Below, piece by piece: positions 11,016-21,189 of a stretch of DNA of 64,000 nt; positions within the stretch are counted from its first letter, which is position 1, and the number at the start of each line of letters is the position of its first letter. The position numbers were made by a program, and so were the translations under genes. The stretch is from positions 1,344,001 to 1,408,000 of the forward strand of contig CBDATS010000004.1 in assembly GCA_965200245.1 (NCBI GenBank). The letters run 5' to 3'. The stretch comes from a bacterium. Its GTDB lineage: Bacteria > UBA8248. Under the pieces are notes generated by a model. It made no database searches. It was not told the DNA's origin and worked only from the letters and a program-made list of their open reading frames with translations.

Positions 11016-12158
11016 TTACTTTTTGGTTCCCGAACCGAACACCTCGATGAATTCAGCCTTCCATTTCTTCACGTCCGCGGGCGTGACTTTGCTCCAGTCG
11101 GTCGGGATGACGTTAATCTTGTCGATGGGAGGTGCAAGGCCGTCTTTCGCCAGGATGATCTTGTTGATTTTCGGATCCTTGTGCGGCGGGAGCGGCCTGC
11201 CGGAATTCAGCGGATTATAGTTGAGGAGCATGTGGTGGCCTCTCACGCTCCGCCAGTAATCGACGAACAGCTTCGCCATGTTGGGGTTTTTCGCCTTCGC
11301 CATAATCACGGAACCGATGGGAAGTGCCACTACGCCTTCTTTGGGGTAGATGGGGTCCATCTTGACGCCGGCTTTCTTGGCGATCCAGTTGTGCCGGGCC
11401 ATGATAGTCGTTCCGAGCCAATACTCACCAGCCATGATGGAACGTCTCTGCGCCGACCCTCTCGCCATCACGCCGGCTCCGGCAGCGCTCAATTTCTGGA
11501 AGTAGCTCTTCGGCAACCGTTCACGGAGTCCCTTGTACCAAAGCGTGTACGTCTCGGATGGCCTCGCGTCGCCGACCAGCACCTTGCCCTTGAACTCGGG
11601 TCTGAGCAGGTCATACCAACTCGTCAGTTTTACGTCGCCCGCTAGGTCACGATTGACGGCCATGGTGTTGATCTGGGCATCGGACACCCAATACCCGTCG
11701 CCGTTCATGTTCGCCTTTTCGGCCAGGCTGTAATGCTTGTCTTCCGGCGAGACGTATTTCATCAAATGACCGCGCCGCTTCATCGAGTGCAGCCAGGAAG
11801 CCGCGGCGAGCACGACCACGTCGACGGAGAGCTTGTTCGCCTTGATTTCCTGCTCGAAACGCTTGATGAGCGTACCGGAACGTCTGTTGGCGAAACGGAA
11901 TTTCACGTTTGGCAGTCCATAGAGTTTCTTGAAGGCCTTTTCCATCGCCTTGGCCGCTTTCACGGGAGCGAGGTTCGTGGCCCAGGAGAAAGCTCCCTCC
12001 TTTCTGGCGCCTTCGATCAATTTCGCGACGCGGGCTTTTTCCGCGCCTTTCAACTCTTTCAGAATAGGTGCCTCTGCCGCGTGCGAAATCCCGCCGAGCG
12101 CAAACAACCCTGCCAAGAATATCGCCGTCAACAACGCGCAACTCCATCTCGTTTTCAT
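11016..12158 (-). CDS. ABC transporter extracellular solute-binding protein
   Basis: Signal peptide, GARKEG, SWYDLLRPEFKGK, IYPKEG, NPNMAKLFVDY; alternative TTG start at 12173. Confidence 0.85.
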   Translation of the reverse strand: MKTRWSCALLTAIFLAGLFALGGISHAAEAPILKELKGAEKARVAKLIEGARKEGAFSWATNLAPVKAAKAMEKAFKKLYGLPNVKFRFANRRSGTLIKRFEQEIKANKLSVDVVVLAAASWLHSMKRRGHLMKYVSPEDKHYSLAEKANMNGDGYWVSDAQINTMAVNRDLAGDVKLTSWYDLLRPEFKGKVLVGDARPSETYTLWYKGLRERLPKSYFQKLSAAGAGVMARGSAQRRSIMAGEYWLGTTIMARHNWIAKKAGVKMDPIYPKEGVVALPIGSVIMAKAKNPNMAKLFVDYWRSVRGHHMLLNYNPLNSGRPLPPHKDPKINKIILAKDGLAPPIDKINVIPTDWSKVTPADVKKWKAEFIEVFGSGTKK

Positions 12159-12224
12159 CAACTTCTCTCCCAAATGATGAGTAAAAACAGGTATCGACGG
12201 GAGGCGTTCTGCCAGCGTCTCCCG

Positions 12225-13319
12225 CTAATCACGCAACACCACGCATCTTGAAGGTGAAATGTTCAAGGTGACGGGTTGACTGACTCGTATCTCTGTATCG
12301 CCACGAACGTGCACCCTCAATTCCAGACTGCCCGATTGAATCAGGCAATCCCAGGATTGTCCGAGATAGACAGCATCGCTCACCTGGCCCTCTAGAACGT
12401 TATTTTCATTCGCCCCGTTTTCTCCAAGCTCGATGTATTCGGGCCTTACGGTGACAAGCAGATCCGAACCGACTGGAATTTCACGCTCGATTCCTTTCGC
12501 GCAAAGGATTTTCGACTGAAGGGAGGGTACATCGACCCAAAGGCCTTTGCCGGCCTCCATTTCAGCGGCCTTTCCCTTGAGAATGTTCGTCACGCCGATG
12601 AAATCGGCGACAAAACTGTTGGCCGGCTCGTTGTATGTGGCGTGCGGGTCTCCTTCCTGTTGTATCCTGCCGTCTTTCATCACGATGATCCGATCGCTCA
12701 TGACCATGGCTTCGGCCTGATCGTGGGTGACGTAAATGGCCGTCAATCTGAGTTCCTTGATCAGGTTGGCCAACTCGATCCGCATCCGTTCGCGCAGCTT
12801 CGCATCAAGGTTGCTGAGGGGCTCATCGAAAAGGAGAACGCGGGGATTGTAGGCCAATGCGCGTGCGAGGGAGACTCGCTGTTGCTGGCCGCCGGAGAGC
12901 TTCGTGGCGTTTCTCTCTCCCAGGCGACTGAGGCCGACGAGATCGAGCGCTTTGGCAACTTTTTCGTTCACCTCCGCGCGGCTGGCCCCCTGGGCCTGAA
13001 TGCCATAGGCAACATTCTCGGCAACCGACATGTGAGGCCAGATGGCATAAGACTGAAAAACCATGCCGAGCCGCCGCTTTTCGGGCGGCAGGCAAACCCC
13101 GGTCCGGCTCGATGTAAACACCTCGTTCGCGATCAGGATATCACCCTCATCGGGTGTCTCGAGTCCCGCGATGCAGCGAAGCGTCGTCGTCTTTCCGCAT
13201 CCGCTCGGACCCAGCAAGGTCACGAATTCCCCTTCCCCCACAGTGAAGCTGACGTGATCCACCGCCAGTGTTTCCAAACCGAAGCGTTTCACCAAATCAT
13301 TTACGACCACTTCCGCCAT
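12225..13319 (-). CDS. ABC transporter ATP-binding protein (PotA/FbpC-like, TOBE domain)
   Basis: GPSGCGKTT, LSGGQQQRV, LLFDEPLSNLD, YVTHDQAEA. Confidence 0.95.
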   Translation of the reverse strand: MAEVVVNDLVKRFGLETLAVDHVSFTVGEGEFVTLLGPSGCGKTTTLRCIAGLETPDEGDILIANEVFTSSRTGVCLPPEKRRLGMVFQSYAIWPHMSVAENVAYGIQAQGASRAEVNEKVAKALDLVGLSRLGERNATKLSGGQQQRVSLARALAYNPRVLLFDEPLSNLDAKLRERMRIELANLIKELRLTAIYVTHDQAEAMVMSDRIIVMKDGRIQQEGDPHATYNEPANSFVADFIGVTNILKGKAAEMEAGKGLWVDVPSLQSKILCAKGIEREIPVGSDLLVTVRPEYIELGENGANENNVLEGQVSDAVYLGQSWDCLIQSGSLELRVHVRGDTEIRVSQPVTLNISPSRCVVLRD

Positions 13320-13405
13320 GGAAAAACCCTATTCATGAATTTCGTTTATAAGTATTGCGTTCCAGCCTATTTCATTTCCGTCAATAATGTAAGTCGCGCG
13401 CGTAT

Positions 13406-15061
13406 TTAATTTGCAGAGTGGCCGATGGACACGTTCGTTTGTCCTGTTTTGTGCGGAATCAACCGGAACCCCTCGTATCCCGCTTCCACGATTCTGGCGC
13501 ATTTTTCTGAATAGGCGGCGAACCCGGCGATGTAGGGCATGAAGACGCGCGGCTTGCCCGGTATGTTCGCACCCAGATACCAGGAAGTGCACTTGTAACG
13601 AATCGTCTTGGCGGTTTCCTCGTTGTTGTGCGCCACCCAGGCGTCTTCCGCCTCTACGGAAGCCTCGATGGATTTCATCCCGTTTTCTCGCAAATGCACG
13701 AGACACGCGCCTATCCACTCGACGTGATGGTCAATGGAAGTCTGCATGTTCGTCAGCACCGAAGGGCTTCCTGGACCGGTGATGGTGAACAGGTTCGGAA
13801 AGCCCGCCGTCATCAGGCCAAGGTACGTGCGGGGGCCTTCTTTCCATTTGTCCTGCAGGGTGCGTCCGCCGCGCCCTCTGATATCGATTCTGAGCAAGGT
13901 CCCCGTCATGGCGTCGAACCCCGTGGCCAGGATGAGCATGTCGATGTCATAGACCCGCCCGGCTGTCATCACCCCCTCGGGCGTAATCCTCTCGATAGGC
14001 GATCCACTGACATCGATCAGGTGCACGTTCGAACGGTTGTAGGTCTCGTAATACTCCGTCACCACGCAAAGACGCTTGCATCCGATGACCGTCGTGGGGC
14101 AAAGCAATTCCGCTGTTTCGGGGTCTTTCACGACCGAGCGAATCTTGTTGCGCACGAAATCGCCCGCCGTCTGGTTCGCCTCCTCGCTGTAGCGCAAATC
14201 CGTGAAGGCGGAGAGGAAGGGCAGCCCCCCGTGTGCCCAGCGTTTCTCGAATTCGCGCTCGCGTTCTTCTTCGCTGACCTCCAGGGTCTCCTGCTCGCCA
14301 AAAGTCTGATCGAATCCCGTCGCTGAACGCTTGGCTCTCGCCCTGATTTGCGGGTAGTTCGCCTTCACCTCGCGCTCGCGTTCCTCACTGAGGGGGCCGT
14401 TGTGCGCCGGCACGGCATAGTGCGCCGTTCTTTGAAAAACGAACACTTCGTCCGCCTCGCGCGCGATGATGGGAATCGACTGCATGGCGGATGAACCCGT
14501 GCCGATGACGCCCACGCGCTTGCCCGAGAAATCCACCTTTTCATGTGGCCAGAGACCCGTGTGGTAAACGGGGCCGTCGAAATCACCCAGGCCCTCGAAA
14601 GCCGGTAAGTTGGGAGAGGAGAGACATCCGGTGGCCATCACGCAGAAGCTGGCCGTAATTCGCTCACCGGTGCCCGTCTCGACAATCCAGTGGCTGGCCT
14701 CCTCGTCGAATACGGCGGAGGCGATTCGCGTGTTGAATACAATGTCCCTTCTCAAATCGAAGCGCTCGGCCACGTGGTTGATATAGCGCAGAATCTCGGG
14801 CTGGCTCGCGTAGCGTTCGCTCCAGGCCCATTCCTGCTGGAGTCCTTCGGAGAACTGATAGGAATACTGGACACTCTCCGTGTCGCATCGCGCGCCCGGG
14901 TAGCGATTCCAGTACCAGGTGCCGCCCACGTCGCCGCCTGCCTCGTAGACGCGCGCCCTGAAACCGCGCGTGCGCATCCTGTAGAGCATGAAAAGCCCGG
15001 CGACGCCTGCGCCGACAATAAGAACGTCCAGGTCCGCTTTCGACTCGTTACTCAACCCCAA
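13406..15061 (-). CDS. Type I Baeyer-Villiger monooxygenase (cyclohexanone/steroid monooxygenase-like)
   Basis: GAGVAG, GGTWYWNRYPGARCD, FDGPVYHTGLWP fingerprint, GTGSS, ATGFD. Confidence 0.93.
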   Translation of the reverse strand: MGLSNESKADLDVLIVGAGVAGLFMLYRMRTRGFRARVYEAGGDVGGTWYWNRYPGARCDTESVQYSYQFSEGLQQEWAWSERYASQPEILRYINHVAERFDLRRDIVFNTRIASAVFDEEASHWIVETGTGERITASFCVMATGCLSSPNLPAFEGLGDFDGPVYHTGLWPHEKVDFSGKRVGVIGTGSSAMQSIPIIAREADEVFVFQRTAHYAVPAHNGPLSEEREREVKANYPQIRARAKRSATGFDQTFGEQETLEVSEEEREREFEKRWAHGGLPFLSAFTDLRYSEEANQTAGDFVRNKIRSVVKDPETAELLCPTTVIGCKRLCVVTEYYETYNRSNVHLIDVSGSPIERITPEGVMTAGRVYDIDMLILATGFDAMTGTLLRIDIRGRGGRTLQDKWKEGPRTYLGLMTAGFPNLFTITGPGSPSVLTNMQTSIDHHVEWIGACLVHLRENGMKSIEASVEAEDAWVAHNNEETAKTIRYKCTSWYLGANIPGKPRVFMPYIAGFAAYSEKCARIVEAGYEGFRLIPHKTGQTNVSIGHSAN

Positions 15062-15171
15062 GACCTCTTTGTTTTCGCCCGTTTTTCCGGTAATCGGAAG
15101 CAGCGCATGTTTTCATTGGTTTATCGATATCTTCAGGAATTCATTGGGTGAGAAGCGCCGGATTTCGCGCC

Positions 15172-15525
15172 CTAGTGTTCATAGGCCCTGGTGGCGCTCA
15201 CGGGAATCATGCAGACGAACTCCATGGTCTCGCCTGAATCGTTGTGGAAGGTGTGATTCTCACCCGGAGCGACGAAAACAGCCGAACCCGGCGCGATGGT
15301 CCGCGTCTCGCCCTCGACGATCACTCGACCCTCGCCTTTCAGCATGAACACCTGGTGCTCCCAGGGGTGGGAATGGTCGGGCGTCTGACCGCCCGCTTCA
15401 ATCTCTATGACCCGCATCGCCATTTCGGTCTCGCCGTCGCGTTCGCTGAGCAGCCAGCGGATTCCGGTACCCTTGGCTGCCTTCTCGGCCTTTAGTTCCG
15501 CGTCCTTGTAGTTCATCACTTTCAT
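15172..15525 (-). CDS. Cupin-domain protein
   Basis: TPDHSHPWEHQVF and GSAVFVAPGENH; start MKVMNY preceded by GAGG. Confidence 0.85.
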   Translation of the reverse strand: MKVMNYKDAELKAEKAAKGTGIRWLLSERDGETEMAMRVIEIEAGGQTPDHSHPWEHQVFMLKGEGRVIVEGETRTIAPGSAVFVAPGENHTFHNDSGETMEFVCMIPVSATRAYEH

Positions 15526-15821
15526 AGCGTCACGCCTCGCGTAGTTTGGTTCTGCACTCGACCTTACAACTGGAATATGCCGAATCATACCACATCCGGT
15601 CCTGCGAGTGTCAAAACCCCCTCTCCCTGCACCGCGCGCGCGTTTTTTCCACAATACGCTGCAACCCCGTCTCCGGTGCTTCGAGTTTCTTGATCAAAGT
15701 GTTCCGGAAGCGCTCAATCTCCTTCCGATTGTCAGCGTCCTGTGAGTCATGTCACTTCAATTTCGCGCAGCGTTCAATCGTTTCAATAACGCCGTCGGAG
15801 GTCGTCTATGGCAATCCGAAC

Positions 15822-16081
15822 ATGCAGGAAGTCAGCATTATTGTCATATCCATGTGTCTCGATGACCACGGGCCGCCTCACTGCCATGCGTTATATAGTG
15901 GAGATGAAATTCGAGTGGGGCTCGACACCCTCTCGATACCGCAGGGCAGGTTTCTCCTGCGTGCCCGAGGTCCCCTGACCGAATGGACATCCATTCATCA
16001 GGTCATCAGGCAGAACTCCGCGAAGCATGGGACCGGGCACAAAAGCTGGAGGCTCCCCGAAAGATTGCTCTCCTGGAATAA
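15822..16081 (+). pseudogene. Degraded DUF4160-family gene (toxin-antitoxin associated)
   Basis: DDHGPPHCHALYS...EWTSIHQ, then after an 8-bp duplication AELREAWDRAQKLEAPRKIALLE*. Confidence 0.7.
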
Positions 16082-16552
16082 TCCAGGGTGGAAGACAGTT
16101 CGAATTCGAAGAGACTCGGAAGTGTACTGTCTAATTTGGGAGCTTGCATCAGGGGAATTCCATGTCAGGGATGACAGGCGACTTGCCCATCGGTGAAGCA
16201 TGAGCGACAAGAATCTCTCGCTCCGATCCGGGCCCCATCGGGAAAGCCACGGAAATCCGGTTCGTTCCGGTCGGATGCCCCGTCCATGGCCCTGTTCAGG
16301 GGAGCCTGTCCTTTTTCCCGTACAGAGTCCCCCATCATTCCCTGCCCGATCCGCTCTTGCCCTTGCCCTGCAGCGGGTAACGAATTAGTATTATTCATCA
16401 TCAGTTATCAGGGTTTGACCTGCGGCGTCCTCGGGAAACGTGGTCGCCGCCCGCCAACGGGGAGAGATGCAACATGCTCGGAATCAGGGATTTCTTCCGT
16501 ATTTTGAACTTGACAAGCCCGGCAGGATCGACGTACCGACGCGGAGTGTGTC

Positions 16553-18813
16553 ATGAGGGGGCCGGCCGGATGGCGGCACGGGACAAGCCGCCGGGTCTCC
16601 CCGCCTGAATCCTGTTCTTCCCCTCCCGCCGGTGGACGTTCCGCTTCCCGCAGTCGCGCGTCTTCCATCAGGGCTTTCGGTTCCTGTGTCCTGGCCGTTC
16701 TCCTGCTGACCTTCCTGCTCGCCGGCCCGGCCGCCGCAAACAACGAATGCGGCGACCCGCCCAACACTGGCGACCCCAGAGTCATCACCTGCGACGGAGA
16801 CGACCAGACCAACGCCGCTGGCGGCATCGAATGCCAGTTCGGCGACAACAACCAGGCCGACGCCAACGACTACACCATCATGGTCAAGGCAAAGTCAGGC
16901 GGCACCGGCCTCGACATCGACACGACGGCCGACGATACCAGCGGCGTTCTTGGAGAACACGGATCGACCGGCAACCTCACCATCGAGATGTCCGCGGCGA
17001 CATCGAGACTACAGGGAAGAACGCCCACGGCGTCCACGGGAGACACGACGGCACCGGTGAGCGCAAAATCTCCATCAGCATGTCCGGCGGGAACATCAAG
17101 ACCGGGACCGGGAGTGGCCAGGATACCGGGCGATTTGCTTTGGGTCTCTATGGAGAAACCGCAAGCAACAACTCCGGCAACCTGTCCATCACCATGTCCG
17201 GCGGCACTATCGAGACCGGGTTCGGGGACGGCACGGGAGCAGGCCATGGCGCCGCCGGCATCTATGCCAAGAAAATCGGCACGGGCATGTCCACCGTCAC
17301 CCTGTCGGGCGGCGACATCCATACCAAAAATAGCAAGGCCCACGGAATTTTTGGCACGGCCAATTACACAAAGCAGGGCCGTTTTACCGTCCACGTTCCC
17401 ACGGGCACCGTGGATATCGGTATGACCGGCGGCAGCATCACGACTTCCGGAAGCGGCGCCCGCGGCATCTACGCGCAGCACGAGGGTACCGGTGCTTTCG
17501 ACCCCGTCGTGGTCGAGGACAGCACGATCTCCGCAGCCCAGGCGGAAGCGATCTATCTCGAGGCCGACCCCGCCAAGACCCTGAGGCTCAGGAACAGTTC
17601 GATCTCAACTGGCGCCACCTCCGGCAACGCGATCGGGTTCAGCGGCAACACCGACGACACCCTGACGGTCCTGGGACATGAGGACGCTGGCATGACGGCC
17701 ACGACCACGATCCGGGGCGATGTGGCGTTCGGCGGCGGCAGCGACACGCTTGTCTTCAGTACCTGCCGGGAGGCCGATATCAGCGAGAACACTGCCTGCG
17801 AGGAGCAGACAGCCAGCGCGGGCGATCTCACCCTGAGCCATACCACCGGGATGTTTACCGGGCTGGAGAGCATCCGCAAGATCGGCTCGGGCACAGCTCG
17901 GCTGACCGATCTGGGCGCGGCGGGTGCGATGATGTCGCTGGAGGACGGCGACCTGCGCCTGACGGAGGCCGTCCTGGAGGGGTATCCGGTGCGCAGGGGA
18001 AGCGGTCCGGACGGGCGTTCGGTGAGGTTCGGGCTCCGCGGGGGTTCCGGAACCCGCGCCGTCTCCCTCGACATGGACCTGCGTCTCGGGGCGTCGGTGG
18101 CCCCCCTCGCCGAGGCGTTCTCGGATTCCCGGGACGAATCGGCCGAGGTCGAGCTCACGGGCGAGGTCTACGCGGCCGGTCTGGGCTGGCGGGGAGACGC
18201 GTTTTTCTCCGACGTGGCGCTCGCCCACGGCCGCTCGCGCGTATCATCACGGACGCTGGAGGCCACTGGCCTGTTCAGGGGCTCGTTCGACGTGAAGCAG
18301 ACCCATGCCGAAGCGAGGGCAGGTCGGCTGTTCCCCGCCGGAGGCATGCGCATCACCCCGTCGGTGTCGGTGTTCGCCGGTTCCCTGGACCACGGGGGCC
18401 ACACGGCGGAGGGCGCGGTGATGAGGGCCGAGATCCCGGGCTACTCGCAGGACTACCGGGGATGTCGGGCCGGGGTGGAGGTCGCGACGGCGGAGTGGCT
18501 GGAACTCTCCCCCGCGCTGCGCTGGCGGCCCGACCTGCAACTGGATCTGGCACACACCACGACGGACGGACCGGAGACGCTGACGGTGCGCAAGGCGGAC
18601 CATGCCGGGGTCATAAGCTTCCCCGAGAAAAAACGGGTGATCGGCGTGCCCCGGGAGGCGTTCCGCCTCGGTCTGGGCGTCACGCTGAAAGGCAGTTCGG
18701 ATGCCTGGAGCCTGCGCCTCGGTTACCGGGGAGAATGGACCGGCGGCGAGGACGAATGGGCCGGCCGTGAGGACGAACATTCCGTGCAGGCGGGCTTCTC
18801 GATACGGTTCTAG
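16553..18813 (+). pseudogene. Autotransporter/adhesin with Gly/Thr-rich passenger repeats, frameshifted near 16994
   Basis: Signal peptide (LLLTFLLAGPAAA) in ORF 16553 frame; SGGxIxT repeats and C-terminal GFSIRF beta-signal in ORF 16747 frame; one added G (TCC G[G]C GGC GAC) fuses them. Confidence 0.75.
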
Positions 18814-18821
18814 AACCACTT

Positions 18822-18862
18822 CCCGACAGCCCGGCAGTCCCCGTGACTGCCGGGCTGTCGGG
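18822..18862 (+). terminator. Perfect 18-bp GC-rich hairpin just after the autotransporter stop
   Basis: CCCGACAGCCCGGCAGTC-CCCGT-GACTGCCGGGCTGTCGGG; no U-tract. Confidence 0.55.
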
Positions 18863-19261
18863 CGGGGCAGTGGATCCCGGTCGGGCCCGAGGCGAAGCAC
18901 CGACCGGGAAACGTCTTTCGGGCAGCACGCAACCCCTCCCCGTAACAGGTTAACCTGGGTGTTCCCGGCGGAGAGCAGATGCCGCTACCCGGACCCAGGT
19001 CCGTCGCCGACTCGGTACACAACCTCTAGGTGCGCGCGATACGAAAGGCTTGGCCGTATGATAACTGCATGGACGAGGGGAAGCGCCGCGTGGACGTCAC
19101 TTCTTGTTTCGGAATGTGTTTGTTCATCGACGCGAATGTGGACGCGGTGTTGGGTGCGATAGAGGCAATGGGGCTTTCGGGTCACACCCGCATCAAGGGG
19201 GAAGGGAATTTTCCACGGCCCGCAATTCGCGGATTGGCGGTGACGAAATGCGCAGAAGCCT

Positions 19262-19864
19262 TTAGTCCGACTTCTCCCAATAAAGCCAGAGGCCGTGTTC
19301 GGACGCGATACGGAAAGAGCCGAGTGCCGTATTTTCAGCGATTTGGCGAACATCGGCGCGCGAGAGTCGCTTCTTGCCGGGGTGGTCGTTCAGCGCGCGC
19401 GCCTCGGGCAGGAGCGATTCGATGAGTGCATTCGACGCCCCTGCCCCGAACCCGCCACCATGCGCGCCCATCCCACCGGGCCTCAAGACGCGGTTCATTT
19501 CGGCGACGATTCTCTCCTGGTCGTCCCAGAAGAATAGTCCGCCCCGGAATATGACGAGATCGAAAGAGGCCGCATCGAACGGAAGGTTGTATTTGTCAAC
19601 AGGTTCCACGCGAAACCGCGCGGACATGTCTGCCTCTGCTATGGTCTCGGTGATATAGTCGCTCAGGGCCTGTGTGTCGTCTCCGCAGACGAAGAGCATC
19701 CCGGGGCAGCGCTCTGCCAAGGCAATCGCCACGCCCGGGCCGTAAGGGCCGATTTCCAGGACGTCGCCCGTGTCACGCCCGTATTCGGCGTGAATCTCCA
19801 TCGCCGCGTAGGGATAAAAAGGCTGAAAATGAGCGTTTACGGCGCGAATCAACTCGAAATCCAT
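19262..19864 (-). CDS. Class I SAM-dependent methyltransferase
   Basis: VLEIGPYGPG, LPFDAASFDLV, EMNRVLRPGG. Confidence 0.85.
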   Translation of the reverse strand: MDFELIRAVNAHFQPFYPYAAMEIHAEYGRDTGDVLEIGPYGPGVAIALAERCPGMLFVCGDDTQALSDYITETIAEADMSARFRVEPVDKYNLPFDAASFDLVIFRGGLFFWDDQERIVAEMNRVLRPGGMGAHGGGFGAGASNALIESLLPEARALNDHPGKKRLSRADVRQIAENTALGSFRIASEHGLWLYWEKSD

Positions 19865-20062
19865 GCGTGCTGTTCTCTCTTCGTTTGGATGCGCCGCTCC
19901 TGAAAGCAACGGCTGGATAAAAGTCTTCGCAGGGATGATATACCAATCGCGAAGCGTTTACGAAACCCGGTGCATCGGGCGCAAAACCTCATTTTCAAAA
20001 CGCCCCGTCTGCGATATTCTGCGGCCCAATCAGGGAAAAGCCCGACTGGTTCAGGAGACCCC

Positions 20063-21103
20063 ATGGAAGCGGCAAGCGAAGCAGCGGATGTCTATGAAGC
20101 AATAGAGACGTATCACGAAAAAGGCTGGACAGACGGTCTGCCCGTGATTCCCCCGACGCCCGAACTCGTAGAATGCTTTCTGGAGGCTTCGGGTCTGGAT
20201 GCCGATGACGTCGTTTTTCATCTGGCGGAGCGAAAAAGAACCGTCCGGAACGGGAAAGTAGTCTTGAACGCCATCATGGCGGGGTGTTTGCCCTCCTACA
20301 TGCCCGTCATTCTGGCTGCGCTCGAAGCTATGGCCGATCCGGCCTACAACCTTCACTCAAGTGCCACGAGCACGGGCGGGGCGGCCCCCTTCATGGTCGT
20401 AAACGGCCCGATTCGCCACGAGATAGGCCTCAACATGCATGGGAACATATACGGGCCGGGCAACCGCGCCGGTGCGACGATAGGACGCGTGCTCAGGCTC
20501 ATCATCATTAACTGCCTGGGATCGAAGCCGGGTCTTCTGGATCGCTCCACCCAGGGAAACCCGGGCAAGTACAGCTTCACATTTGCGGAATGGGAGGAAA
20601 CGAGTCCCTGGGAACCCTTGAACCTCGAACTCGGATATCCTGCCGAAACGAGCACGGTGACGCTTCTCGCGGCCGAAGGTCCGCACAACATACAGAACCA
20701 TTACGGCAAGGGGAGAGGAATCGCCGAAACCGCCGCCGCCACCATGGCGAGTCTGGGAAGTATGAGCGAGGGGCAATCCTTTTTTGTTTTCGCGCCCGAG
20801 CATGCGCATCTTCTGGGAGAGGAATTCCCCGTGAAAAGAGAATTGAAGGACTATTTGTTCGAGAACGCGATTCTCCCCCTGGATCAGCTCCTTCGCACGG
20901 GAAAGCTCGACAGGCCCATCGACGCCGATGAGAACGGTAACGTACGCCACGCGCTCAAGCCCGAAGACATATACATCGTTGTCGCAGGAGGCGAGGCTGG
21001 CGGACATTCCTCCTGGGTTCCCTCCTGGAGCAGGAGGCGGAACGGAGAAGCCGTCACCCGCCCGGTACTGAACGCGGTCGAGCGGCGCGAATCTCGCGGT
21101 TGA
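20063..21103 (+). CDS. Conserved uncharacterised protein typically paired with UGSC-family proteins
   Basis: GWTDGLPVIPPT, NAIMAGC, NGPIRHEIG, GPGNRAGATIGR, QGNPGKY; AGGAG SD before ATG 20063. Confidence 0.8.
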   Translation: MEAASEAADVYEAIETYHEKGWTDGLPVIPPTPELVECFLEASGLDADDVVFHLAERKRTVRNGKVVLNAIMAGCLPSYMPVILAALEAMADPAYNLHSSATSTGGAAPFMVVNGPIRHEIGLNMHGNIYGPGNRAGATIGRVLRLIIINCLGSKPGLLDRSTQGNPGKYSFTFAEWEETSPWEPLNLELGYPAETSTVTLLAAEGPHNIQNHYGKGRGIAETAAATMASLGSMSEGQSFFVFAPEHAHLLGEEFPVKRELKDYLFENAILPLDQLLRTGKLDRPIDADENGNVRHALKPEDIYIVVAGGEAGGHSSWVPSWSRRRNGEAVTRPVLNAVERRESRG

Positions 21104-21189
21104 AAAAAGTACAGGAGCGGGGATTGACCCATGGGAAACGAGACTGGAAATTGTCTGTGCACTGATTCATACCCGGAAGGAGGTTTTCG

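Noticed and set aside
15546-16401. ORFs 15546-16196 and 16165-16401 as real genes
   Set aside because: The first reads across the DUF4160 remnant and flanking DNA; the second has no recognisable features
18810-19029. Possible MITE bounded by CTAG at both ends
   Set aside because: No terminal inverted repeats inside the CTAGs, no second copy and no transposase
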